A stretch of 64,000 nucleotides of DNA from Octopus sinensis (GCF_006345805.1 NC_043020.1:12400001-12464000); one strand, 5' to 3'. Counted from the stretch's first letter, positions 39,325 to 52,813 are shown. Notes: a model not told the origin generated them from the sequence alone. A program made the numbers and translations.

Positions 39325-39787
39325 TAGATCGTTTGCAACTACGCACATTTTTTTTCTTTCCTCTCCTTTTTGTTCTGTGTCCCTTTCTGTAGAGGAGCGT
39401 AGGCTCGAAACGTAAAAGACTTTTTCTATTCCTGAACGTTATACTAATACATCTGTTTGTTTTGTACACCACCTGTCTTCGTCTTTTGTTTTTGTAAACT
39501 CTCCCTATATATATATATATATATAATAATATGTTACATTACTCGATAGTCAAGATAAAACTCTGAGTTTCAGATGCCGAAGTGGGAATCCACAACGCCA
39601 TCTCTTCGGTTATCTGGAAAATAGCCAGATAACCGAACAGATGGCGTTGTGGATTCCCACTTCGGCATCTGAAACTCAGAGTTTTAACTTGACTATCGAG
39701 TAATGTAACATATTATTTTATAGATAAATTTCCTCTATTTACATAATATTGAGGTCTCTTTCTTTCTTCTGTTATCTTACCGTTTTA

Positions 39788-39826
<39 letters not shown>

Positions 39827-40012
39827 GATGGTTAACCGTTAATCTCGGCACATGTTTTTCTTTATTATTTTTTTACTCTTATCCCTTTCTGTCGAAGAGT
39901 GTAGACTCGAAACGCCAAAGACTTTTCCATTCTTCCAGAACGTCAAACTAATACACCTGCTTGTTGTTCCCTTAGCCATCTTTGTCTTTTGTTTTCTGTA
40001 CATTTGAACCAT

Positions 40013-40070
<58 letters not shown>

Positions 40071-40265
40071 GAGACGCCATGATTGATCGTTAGCCACTAC
40101 ACACATTTTTTCTCTCTCCTTGTTTTTTTCTGTGTATCTTTCTGTAGAGGAGAGTAGGCTCGAAACGTAAAAGACTTTTTCTATTCCTGAGCGCTATACT
40201 AATACATCTGTTTGTTTTATACACCACCTGTCTTCGTCTTTTGTTTTTTTCGTAAACTCTCCCTA
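39325..40265 (+). mobile_element. Cluster of (TA)n-separated Penelope-type repeats, three with hammerhead-like motifs
   Basis: Units at ~39325-39510, ~39850-40015 and ~40075-40265, each with ...gagN gtag Nctc GAAACG..., separated by (TA)n and a foldback element. Confidence 0.65.
39525..39717. repeat. Near-perfect inverted repeat (93-bp arms, 7-nt loop)
   Basis: 39525-39617 versus 39625-39717; two mismatches seen. Confidence 0.95.
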
Positions 40266-42788
40266 TACACACACACACACATCGCACCCGCACGCACATA
40301 CATATGTATACCAACACACACTTCTAGGTAATATGTATCGATATCGTGAACACAGAATACATTACTTGTTCATTGAGTACACTCTTGTATGAGTATATAC
40401 AGAGTACACTATATTATATCTGTATTCATATAGCTTGATATTTCTCACATGTAATACGTGAATTGAAAAAAGACTGTGTAACACGATTATTTCCCTTGGA
40501 TATCAACTGTTATTTCCTATTTGTTTACTCTGATAAAGTATGAAAAATGGCTGATATTTTCTTCAGACTTTGCTTTTGTGACATTTATTGAAATTCCAAA
40601 CATTCCATCTCAACACATGGCTATGATGCTCCCCTACTACTCCTACTCAGAGATGAACATATTGTCGGCCACTAAGGGATATTCTCAAGTGGTTAAGATC
40701 AAACAACTGACAAGCAGATCTGAGGTATTCAGTAGAATATTTGTTATAACGATATTTCTGCTTCAGCAATTCAGAGCTGCACGTCTGAAATGTAATGGGG
40801 GAAAATAGGTCAGTTTCAAAACATTGACATCCAGGTCACAAAAGCAAAGTTTGAAGGGAACGAGTCAAATTCCTTTGATTTCTAGACAGAAGTAAAATAG
40901 GATAGAAAGACCAAAGAAAAAAAATAGTAATTCTGTTTCACAGTGTTATGAAATAAATAAGCCAAAATGTGTGTATATGTGTGAGCATCCGTCCTATTTC
41001 CTCTCAGCTGCACAGACCAATTAACTAACTCGAGCACCAGTTTCTGGGTCGATCAATTGCAACAAGGACTGGCGTCATATCGTTGAGGGTTAGTTTCTGC
41101 TGCGGCTTCACTTTATGAGGAAGGCATCAACTATCTCTATTAATCAAACATTCTTTGTATGCATTGCCTATTTCGACAGCAAGTCAGAATATTATACCTT
41201 AAAATGTATTATGTTATTGTTGTCTGTACTAGGTGTATCTCTGGTTGTTTGAAATATATAGCTTTTGTGAGGACTATTTAATAAAGTTTTTTTTTTTAAA
41301 TATCAAAGAAAAAATTTGATCTTGTCATATGTAATTATACCTCAAGACCACACTCCAACGGAGAGGTCTCAAATGTGGTTAATTGATCTTGATCGCCTGA
41401 CCTTGATTAGTAGAGACAACAGTCAAATAACACTACCTACGTAAAAATAGTCATGTGTGTGTTTGTGTGTCCTGCCCGCCAAGTTAGCGGTGTGGTATCA
41501 TTCAAAAGCTACCACAATGCGGGGAAGTGTATTGTGATCAGCGGTGTGCAACAACATCCGATTGTCTGGTCAATACAGCGATTTATGTTACTGATAACAC
41601 CAAGAAGAAGGTGCTACTTTTCTCCACTCGCCAAAGTGAATGGGGCTATGGCCAGGAGGAATTCATGTCATCAGACGGAATCCAACTATGATTGGGTATT
41701 TTGACCCTGAAATGTAACACCCTCCCATTAGTGGTCAATAGAGGTGGCCAAATCACAGCTAATCATCTTCTGGCTTGCAGCTTATATATGTAAAACAAGA
41801 ACGGACAATCACAATTTAGTGTGACATAGATTTCAGAAGATATCCATTGATCATGCGTGTATTACATCATATATGCATAAACTAGAATTTTACCCATAAT
41901 ATGAATAAAATCGTTGGAAATATATTTTTGCCCTGATTGTAATATCAGCTAATGTTACATACATACAATATTTATATCAATCAATGAAACAATAATTATA
42001 AATTTACTGCTTGATAATTCCATGGTTGAATATATATTTATGAATCTAATTCTAATTTCCTAAATTAAGAATAATTAAAGTAAAAATAAATCAAAACGAA
42101 ATTTCTCATTTGCATATATGAAATATGCTAACAATAATTTTTGATTTAGGCACGAGGCAAGAAAATTTAAGGGAAGAGTGTTAGACGATTACAACGGTTT
42201 CAGTACTTGCATGGTACTTTATTTTATCGACCACGAAATGATAAAATGCAAAAGTTGGCAGAAGCGGGATTTGAAATCGGGATGTCGGAAGAAATGCCAG
42301 GTGACAGTTTTTGCAGACGCTCTAACGAAACTGCCAGCGCACAGCCGTTTAAGTTACCATTAATAATAATCCTTTCTATTATAGGCACAAGGTTTGAAAG
42401 TTGAGGGAGGAGTAAGTCAATGTAATAGACTGCAGTGCATGACTAATACTTATTTTATCGACCCCGACAGAATGAATGGCAAAGTCGACCTCGGTGAGAT
42501 TGAACTCGAAACATAACTGGCGAAATACCGCTAAGCATTGCTGATAACATCAATAATCGTAGAAGTATCTTCCCAAAGTTACCTGTTGATATCACTAAAC
42601 CACTAGATGAAGATAAATCCATTAAGATCAAAGTGAATCTTTCTCTTTGAAGGACGGACAAATAGAGAGAGAAACGGGGACGCACTGCCAATTCTATTAA
42701 TAGCGAAGGATCTGTGGTGGCTGGAACATCACTGACTAATAGTCTGATCTGTCAGTTAAAGAATAGGTGTTTGGTGAATATGTTATTG

Positions 42789-43355
42789 GCAGAAACGTTA
42801 GCACGCCGGGCGAAATGCGTAACCGTATTTAGTCTGCCGTTACGTTGTGAGTTCAAATTCCGCCGAGGTCGGCTTTACCTTTCATCCTTTCGGGGTCGAT
42901 AAATTAAGTACCAGTTACGCACTGGGGTCGATGCAATCGACTTAATCCGTTTGTCTGTCCTTGTTTGTCCTCTCTGTGTTTAGCCCCTTGTGGGTAGTAA
43001 AGAAATAGGTATTTCGTCTGCCGCTACGTTCTGAGTTCAAATTCCGCCGAGGTCGGCTTTACCTTTAATCCTTTCGGGGTCGATAAATTAAGTACCAGTT
43101 ACGCACTGGGGTCGATATAATTGACTTAATCCGTTTGTCTGTCCTTGTTTGTCCTCTCTGTGTTTAGCCCCTTGTGGGTAGTAAAGAAATAGGTATTTCG
43201 TCTGTCTTTGCGTTCTGAGTTCAAATACCACCGAGGTCGACTTTGCCTTTCATCCTTTTGGGGTCGAGAAATTAAGTACCAGTTCCGTACTGGGGTCGAT
43301 GTAATCGACTGACCCCCCTCCCCAAAATTTTGAGCCTTGTGCCTAGAGCAGAAAA
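42789..43355 (+). mobile_element. SINE family 2 trimer bounded by one 13-bp TSD
   Basis: TSD gaatatgttattg at 42776-42788 and 43356-43368. The first two units carry tail A and the last carries the alternative tail (ccctcccaaaattttgagccttgtgcc). Confidence 0.9.
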
Positions 43356-44439
43356 GAATATGTTATTGTCAGTAGAATGTAGTACCAGCGAATTCAAAGA
43401 CCCAGTTTTCAGCGATGTGACGATGTTTATCCTTTCCCCTTAAACTAACTGAAAAAAAAAATGATCAGCATTTTTTTTCCATCTCATAGTTGCACACACA
43501 TTCGCACATACCCATTTTTACGCACACGTACGCGCTCACACACAGTGTGTGTCTTATTTTCTGAGAGTGTCTGTCGGAGTGCGTATTCAAAAAAAGATGA
43601 ATGTGTGTTGCACGGATGCTATGTGTGAAAGACCTTGCATGAGCACGCCATGATCACTTGCCAAAAGGTTCCAGTTAAAATAACAGGGCTCGTGGGGTCG
43701 GCTATCCTGTTTTTTTTTTTTACTTCATATGTCCCTTTTGTTTGTTTGTTCTTGTAACTCATTCGATTTCATTGTAAATAACTCATTCGATTTCATTGTA
43801 AATAATTCATTCGATTTCATTGTAAATAATTCCATTTCATCCACATGACCCCAAATCATGTTGTATTGTCCCCATCTGTGTAAACCGTTATGGGTGATAA
43901 AGAAATTCATATTCGGTTTTCCTCCTCCCCTCCAATTTCCCTGGTTCCGTCCTTTCTCTCGTATTGAACCTTTTCACTACCCCACTCTCTCCATTTTCTC
44001 TCTCTCTCCCTCCCTCCCAGATTTATTTTCTTTTTACCGTTCTCTCTCTTCCGTTGCAATGCTGCTCTTCTTCCTCCTACTCTCTGCTAATGCTTAATTC
44101 ATTCACACTCACTTCTCTTCCGCCTGTCTTGAACCTCTCTCTCTTTTCTCTCTCATACAGTGTCCCATTCAAAATCATTTTCTACCACTCGATCTCAACC
44201 CCCTTCCTTCTCCCTCTCTTTCTCTTTTCCATCATACTCGAGCTTTCGAAGCAAGTACAGTTGAATAAATAAATTATTGAATGAATAAATAAATGATTCA
44301 GATATGACAAACATTCATTCGTTCTACGAGGTCTTCTTTGCGACCTTATCTGCTCAACCACCAGTCGAGTAATACCTTGACTATATATATATATCCACCT
44401 AAATAGATGCATATCTACCTACAAACTACCTGTTTACTA

Positions 44440-44444
44440 TATAT

Positions 44445-44492
<48 letters not shown>

Positions 44493-45670
44493 CACACACA
44501 TATATACACACACATATATACATACACACACACACACATATATATATATACACACATATATATACACACACATATATACATACACACACATATATATATA
44601 CACACATATATATACACACACATATATACATACACACACACACATATATATATATACACACATATATATACACATACATATATATATATATATAAATATA
44701 TATACATACTACATACACACACACATATATATAATAAATATATATACATACATACATACAACACACACATATATATATAACACACATATATATACACACA
44801 CATATATACATACACACACATATATATATACACACATATATATACCACACACACATATATACATACACACACACACATATATATATTACACACATATATA
44901 TACACACACATATATATATATAAATATATATACATACATACATACACACACACATATATATATATACACACATATATATATATATACACATATATATATA
45001 TATAACACACATATATATATATACACACACATATATATATACACACACATATATATATACACACACACACATATATATGTACACACACACATGTATACAC
45101 ACACATATATATATATACATACACACATATATATACATACACACATATATATATATATATACATACACATATATATATACATACACACACACACACATAT
45201 ATACATACACATATATACATAATGCACTTCTATCTATCTATACACACGCACACAGCTATTTATCAGTACCCACGCATACACACACCTCTATTTACCTATC
45301 AACCAATCTGACTACTTGTCCAACCTAGTTACCTATCCGTCTATTGATAAGTCTATCCATCTATCTATCCATCTTTCTATCTATCTATCTATCTATCTAT
45401 CTATTTTTCTATCCATCTATCCATCTTTCTATCTATCTATCCATCTATCTTTCTATCTATCAATCTATCTTTCTATCTATCCATCTATCTTTCTATCTAT
45501 CCATCTATCTATCCATCCATCCATCCATCCATCCATCCATCTATCCATCCATCCATCTATCCATCTATCTTTCTATCTATCCATCTATCTTTCTATCTAT
45601 CCATCTATCTTTCAATCTATCCATCTATCTTTCAATCTATCCATCTATCTATCTATCTTTCTATCTATCT
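44440..45670. repeat. Compound (TA)/(CA) then (TCTA)/(TCCA) microsatellite block
   Basis: Directly visible. Confidence 0.95.
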
Positions 45671-46269
45671 AACAGTCTAACTCGCCTCTGTATATCACAG
45701 ATTTACTGGTCTCTATTGTGGTGGCAAAATCAATACACTTAGCGTTGTTATCAGGAACCTTTCGAGGTGTCTCGCAGGAAGGAAAGTAGTAGGAGTAGTA
45801 GTAGGAGTAGTAGTAAGGCTTTCAAGATATCCACCATTTTAACTTGTAAGCAGCAACAGTAGTAGATATAGCGGGGTACTGTTTTATACACATAACACAC
45901 ACACACACGCGTTTATTTATTGATTGATAATTTTGGAGAGAAACCAGATAGAGTGACGAACAGCAAGGCAAATAGTAAGAGACAGTTGCAATAGTACAAG
46001 ATAGAACTGGCTGAGAAATCGAACGATCAATAGAAGTGGGGAGAGAGAGAGAGAGAAGTGCAGGAATATATTGAAAAGATGACGTGAAGTATACAAACGA
46101 TAGACTGACTAAATGTGCTCGTACGTATGTATGTATGTATGTATATATGGTAGACATATATAATTCTCCAAATGTATATATGGGTATGTGTGTGAATGTT
46201 ACATGTATATGGTATGTGTCAACATACCCATGTCGTTGACCAACCCTATCTTTATTTCTAAGTATATAT

Positions 46270-46449
46270 ATATATAAATTAAATTAGAGATAAAACCACT
46301 ATTAGGCAAATCAAACAATGAAATACATAAAACAAAACATAAAAATAAACATAATTAATATAATATACAAATATATAAAATTTAAATTATTTTAAATTAA
46401 AAATTTTTTAATTTATATTTATAAATTTTTATATTTTTTAAATATTTTA

Positions 46450-46493
<44 letters not shown>

Positions 46494-46669
46494 GGGAGTA
46501 TAACTCCAAACTTACAGGGAAAAATTCTTTTTACTTATATATTGTTATTCATTTTTGTACTTTTTGTGATCTAGTTATTTTTTATAATATATATTTTATT
46601 TTTTCTTTATGATTTGGTCTATATCTATCATTGTTTGAATTGCATAATAGTGGTTTTTCTCTAATTCAC

Positions 46670-46719
<50 letters not shown>

Positions 46720-46900
46720 ATAGGGAGTATAACTCCAAACTTACAGGGAAAAATTCTTTTTACTTATATATTGTTTATTCATTTTTGTACTTTTTGTGAT
46801 CTAGTTATTTTTTATAATATATATTTTATTTTTTCTTTATGATTTGGTCTATATCTATCATTGTTTGAATTGCATAATAGTGGTTTTTCTCTAATTCACA
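46270..46900. mobile_element. (TA)n-embedded repeat related to 58340-58680, with a ~180-bp near-exact direct duplication
   Basis: tagggagtataactcc...ctctaattcac occurs at ~46490-46668 and ~46717-46897. Its end is inverted relative to attagagataaaaccactatt at ~46285. Confidence 0.65.
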
Positions 46901-47717
46901 TATATATATATATATATATATAGATATAAGCATAATGCAGGCGGCTATACGTTGTATAAAACGAAAGAAGGAAAACTTCAGTTGTCACTAATTGTGACTA
47001 ATGGCGCAGGGTAGCACCTACATTGCTAGACATAAGAGTCAAAGACCCTTACAGCTGCAAAAACGCACTTCTATGCACTGACATACATACATACATACAC
47101 ACATACATACATGCATATATAATTTGCATATAAAAGTAGAAATTAAAACTACTGTAGTCAAGTTGCATACATTTATAGATATACATACACACATGGCGGT
47201 GCCCCAGCATGGCCACAGCTCAAGAGCTGAAACTGGAAAACATAAACATAAACACATAGATATACATATAAATACATAGTATCAATACTATAATAAATTT
47301 TATAGTATTTCTAAATTTGGCTGAAAATTCCTGTTTCTAACGAGCACACGATTCTATTCGCCTTCCCTCTTCTTAGTATGTGTATGGAGAAGAGATAGAA
47401 AGTGAGGTGGATGGACTAGCTGTAGGATTGTTAAAGAGGTGTGAGATATTGGTTAAATATGTGTGGCAGATAACTTCCTCTATTACGGAACTTGTAAAGA
47501 ATGAGTGAATGCCGTAACGAAAAGCGAAAAAGAAATAGAATTAATGAGGGATTATAGGAAATGGTATAGTGCTTAACATTCCAAAAGACAAGATATATTC
47601 CTCGACTTTCGTTCAATACAAAGCAACATTATGTTTTAAACACCACCCACCCACATATATCTAAGTTTGGTTTTTACAAATCAAAAATACTGAGCTCAAT
47701 ACAGAAATTTATATATG

Positions 47718-47749
<32 letters not shown>

Positions 47750-48517
47750 ATATATATATATGTATATGTTATATATATACACACACAGACATATACACAT
47801 ATATATACTCACACGCATATACAATCACACATATATATCACATACACACACATATATACATAAATAACACACACACACATATATATATATACATACATAT
47901 ATACACACATATATATACACATACATATATATACACATACATATATATACACATACATACACAGACATATATATACACATACACACACAGACATATATAT
48001 ACACATACACACACAGACATATATATATACACATACACACACATATATATATATATACATACACAGACATATATATATACACATACACAGACATATATAT
48101 ACACATACACACATATATATACACATCCACACATATATATACACATACACACATATATATATATATACATACACGCACACATATATATATAACACGCACA
48201 CGCACAATATATATATATACACCGCACACATATATATATATATAATACATACACGCACACATATATATATATATATACACGCACACATATCTATATATAT
48301 ATATATACATACCGCACACATATATAATATACAACACGACACACTATATATATATATAACATACACGCACTCATATAATATATATATACAACACGCACAA
48401 CATATATATATATATATATATACATACACGCACACATATATATATATACACGCACATATATATATATATATATACATACACGCACACACATATATATATA
48501 TATATACATACACGCAC

Positions 48518-48554
<37 letters not shown>

Positions 48555-48693
48555 GACCTGCACATGCCCCCCACCCACACACACACACACACATCAGCAG
48601 AAAAGCTAGAAGAGTTACGCAAAGGCTGGGAGCTTCGTTCCAAACCACTTACCGAATCAACAAAAGTAAACAAGATAACGATTGCGGAGTCTT

Positions 48694-48731
<38 letters not shown>

Positions 48732-49111
48732 TTTTCATGAACGGCAGCATAAAGCAGAACCGAGATGTAAACATTATTATGACCCATTGTGGATTAAATA
48801 AGAATGTGCACACATTCTTTCTATATCATTGATGTGCGGAAAAAAGACGAAGTTTCCTGACAGCTCGTCTTACCGTTTGCTGCTGCTCCTAACAGACGAT
48901 GTACCTAGATTCCTATGTAAAAGAGTCATAAATTAGGCTAGACCAGTAGTGGATAACATAGCCAAACACTACCAATATTCTTTTCAATACGTAAATTAAA
49001 ATGTAATCACAATTTACTACATTTTCAAATAAAAAGTTACTGACAATCTTCAGATTGTTCAAGAATGGTGCAGATTCTTTCGGAATTGTTCCATCCTAAA
49101 AATTTGAAATA

Positions 49112-50185
49112 CAGTCGTGGCCTATATTTTGGAACATTTTGTGATGTCCAAGTACAATTCGTTTCAAATATACACACTGTAGAGATATACTTAACCTTAA
49201 TAACTGATTCAATGGTTCAATATCTTCTAATTGGCAGACGGCGAGCTGACAGAAACGTTAGCACGCCGGGCGAAATGCGTAGCCGTATTTCGTCTGCCGT
49301 TACGTTCTGAGTTCAAATTCCGCCGAGGTCGACTTTGCCTTTCATCCTTTCGGGGTCGATTAAATAAGTACCAGTTACGCACTGGGGTTGATATAATCGA
49401 CTTAATCCGTCTGTCTGTCCTTGTTTGTCTCCACAAATTTCAGGCCTTGTACCTATAGTAGAAAACATTACTAATCCTTCTACATTTTGTAAGGCAGAAA
49501 CGTTAGCATGTCAGGCGCAATACTTAGCAGTATTTCGTCTGTCTTTACGTTCTGAGTTTAAATTCCGCCGAGTTCGACTTTATTTTCATCCTTTCGGGGT
49601 CGATAAATTAAGTACCAGTGAAACACTGGGGTCGATCTAATCGACTGGCCTCCTCCCCAAAAATTTTGGGCCTTGTACTTAGAGTAGAAAAGAATATATT
49701 CTAATTGAACTATTAGGTCAGTTATTAGGTAAGTATATCTCTAAAAGGGTAAAGACCCCCTTCGGTCATGAATGACAATGGGATTGCACCTAGAAAGTTA
49801 CCCTCCTAGACACAAGTCCGGGCAAGGTTGTTTATGGAAGACCAGCAGTCGCCCATGCATACCAGCCTCCCCTCTCCACGCCACCAGTGTTATCCAAGGG
49901 AAAGACAAAGGTCGATACAGCTTGGCACCAGTGACGTCGCAACTCATTTCTACAGCTGAGTGAACTGGAGCAACGTGAAATAAAGTGCCTTGCTCAAGAA
50001 CACAACACGCAGCCCGGTCCGGGATTCGAGCTCACAACCTCACGATCGTAAGCTCGACGCTCTAACCACTGAGCCATGCGCCTTCACTAGTATATCTCTA
50101 CAGTGTACATATTTGAATTGAACAGTACTTGGACATCACAATTTTAATTTTTCATAAAAATATTCCAAACTTTTGGCCACAAATG
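49112..50185. mobile_element. Tc1-like palindromic MITE carrying three nested SINEs
   Basis: TA|cagtcgtggcc...ggaac at left and ttccaaacttttggccacaaatg|TA at right; the arms match over >100 bp once the insertions are removed. Confidence 0.75.
49744..50088 (-). mobile_element. SINE head B + tail 2 with 12-bp TSD
   Basis: TSD agtatatctcta at 49732-49743 and 50089-50100; RC head gtgaaggcgcatggctcagtggttag. Confidence 0.92.
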
Positions 50186-51321
50186 TATGACTCAAGTCAA
50201 GTGGGGGTTTATAAAAATGCGCGAGAAATTAAAATATAGACGTTAAACCAATAACTCTTAAACTGACTAAAAACAGGCCCCAGCTGTTCCCGAAGTCAGT
50301 GGATATATATATATAATTTTTTGTTTGTCCCTCAGTTCTTAATGTGAAAACGAAATGGAGATTGCATCTTTGTAATGCTTCTACCTTTGCCATGTTGTAG
50401 GATAATTTTTCGGTTCTACCCCCTTTTTAAACCGCACAGTAGCATCCTTCCCCATTAGCGTAGCTGATGGGTGGGCGAGAGGTTGGTTCACCACGGACGA
50501 CGTTTTCGTGAGACAGGCAGGGTTGGATCTACTGTATAAGCGTCTGTAGATACGAGGGCCCTGGAAGGAAGGGTGGCAAATGCAAGGGCTGCACCAGACG
50601 GCACTCACTAGCAACGCCACTTATACCCGCTATCAGAAACAATTCCTAATGACTCTCTTGGAAAAGTGTTTCTCTATACGAAATTTCAGTTGCCTAGTTG
50701 CAAAAGTATGACCTGCAATTTTCATTTTATATATATACATACATACATCTAAATACACACATATACATATTATATGCAAATTAGAATTCCAGTTATCTGA
50801 AGCCATTACATTTGATGTGTGCATAAACTGATTGGTTTGTTGATTCTCTGGGACTACTCAAGTGATGCAGGCATCTCTGATAAGACCCCAGTAAGTATCG
50901 GAAATCGATTAGGGCCGTTCATCAGGTTTCATTCTACAGAGACTCGGGTATATTTGATGCAGTTGTATATTTACTGCATAGTATTATGCACCAAACACAC
51001 ACACACACACACACACACACAACACCACATATATATAATTAGCTGTAAAATGACATAAATAACTCAAGGGTCAAGGGCTTCCTGTCTGGTTCTTATCACA
51101 TTCGTCACGTTGATTAAGTGCCATGCACGCCATTTTAGGCCCTTAAGCCATTTATGCAATCATAGGCAATTAATATATATGCGCATATATTAATATGTAT
51201 ATGCATTTATAACTATCTGTCTAATATGTAAGTGTGTGTTTGTATACATGCAAGGACTCATGAGTGCCAGGAGACAGCTTGACTTGTGTGTATACATAGC
51301 TTGGCGTGCGTATACTTAGGT

Positions 51322-51358
<37 letters not shown>

Positions 51359-51717
51359 TGTGTGTATTTGTGTGTGTTCTTATGACAAGTTAGATATAAA
51401 AGTAATTTAACATTGAAATGGAAGCTTGCTCGATACTTTTAATAGAATATAAGTTTATTACAATTTTATAAGGCAAAGACAGTGACTTCGAAATTTCGGC
51501 TCCGAAGAAGGCAAGCAGGCCTAAAATTCAAAGTCAATCAACTGTTATCTTGTAAAATTGTATCTATCTCTCTCTATCTCTGTTATATATATGTATAATT
51601 AATCATCCCGCCAAAAAAGAAAAAAAAACGGAGAGAAAAACACAAGAAAAATCAACAACACAAGGGCGTGGTACATGAAAAGTATTAATAAGATGTTCAG
51701 GGAGGGAAAGAAAGGGT

Positions 51718-51752
51718 GTTTTACGTTTCGAGCAAAGCTCCTCTTCAGAAAC
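51718..51752 (-). ncRNA. Minimal type-I hammerhead ribozyme motif (Penelope-type)
   Basis: RC: guuu CUGAAGA g GAGC uuu GCUC GAAA CG UA aaac. All conserved core bases are present, stems I and II pair, and stem III is a palindromic ACGU. Confidence 0.7.
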
Positions 51753-52445
51753 AGGGGGAAAACATCGCCAACAATCCACATGCAGTTACATTTTGGAGAG
51801 AGAGGGAAAGAGAGAGAGATAGTGTGAGTGAGTGAGTGAGTGAGTGAGTGAGTGAGTGTGCGTGAGTGAGTGTGCGAGTGTGCGAGTGAGTGAGTGAGTG
51901 AGTGAGTGAGTGAGTGAGTGAGTGAGTGAGTGAGTGAGCGTGCCTGAGTGAGCGTGCCTGAGTGAGCGTGCCTGAGTGAGCGTGCCTGAGTGAGCGCGCC
52001 TGAGTGAGCGCGCCTGAGTGAGTGCGCCTGAGTGTGTGCGCCTGAGTGTGTGCGCCTGAGTGAGTGTGTCTCTGTGTGTGTGTCTACTGCGTGCGTGTAT
52101 GTACGCCTGTGTGCTTACAAACACGTCCATATTCACGTAGACGCAAATTCTATTTGCACGCATATGCTCTCGATCTGGCGTGATCACATGACCACCATCC
52201 CTCTCTTGCAAATGAATGAATGAATGGAAAATATCGGATATCAATATAAAGTCTAGTTTTTTTTCTCTCTTTCAGGTATATATGTTCACCTGTATCGTTC
52301 ACTCAGTGTCGTTCAGTGACATTGAGTTCAGGTGTGCATGTATACGTCTCTGCGTGTGTGCGTGCGTGAGAATATTTTCTGTGTGACCGTAAATAACATA
52401 AGTACATTATCCTACGGATTTTGGTTTGCCTGCTGGATAAGTTCC

Positions 52446-52500
<55 letters not shown>

Positions 52501-52507
52501 GTGTGTT

Positions 52508-52540
<33 letters not shown>

Positions 52541-52572
52541 ATATATATATTATATGTGTGTGGGTGTGTATG

Positions 52573-52619
<47 letters not shown>

Positions 52620-52704
52620 ATATATATGTATATATATATATCTATATATGTATATATATATATATATATATGTATGTATATATATGTATATATATATATG
52701 TATG

Positions 52705-52735
<31 letters not shown>

Positions 52736-52780
52736 GTATGTATGTATATATATATGTATGTATATATATATATGTATATA

Positions 52781-52813
<33 letters not shown>

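Noticed and set aside
42543-42650. Coding-like DNINNRRSIFPKLPVDITKPLDEDKSIKIKVNLSL* (and YVTDNTKKKVLLFSTRQSEWGYGQEEF at ~41585)
   Set aside because: Short, with no splice signals or recognisable family; BLASTx would be needed.
48599-48666. cag|CAGAAAAGCTAGAAGAG...ACAAAA|gtaaac ([23 protein letters not shown]) as a USP internal exon
   Set aside because: It is helix-like and has a donor, but the acceptor is a (CA)n tract and no intervening USP exon 2 was found, so it is unsupported without RNA data.
52276-52331. Strong acceptor ttttttctctctttcag|gtatatatg as USP exon 2
   Set aside because: In the required phase 1 it reads [14 protein letters not shown] and stops, with no USP motif.
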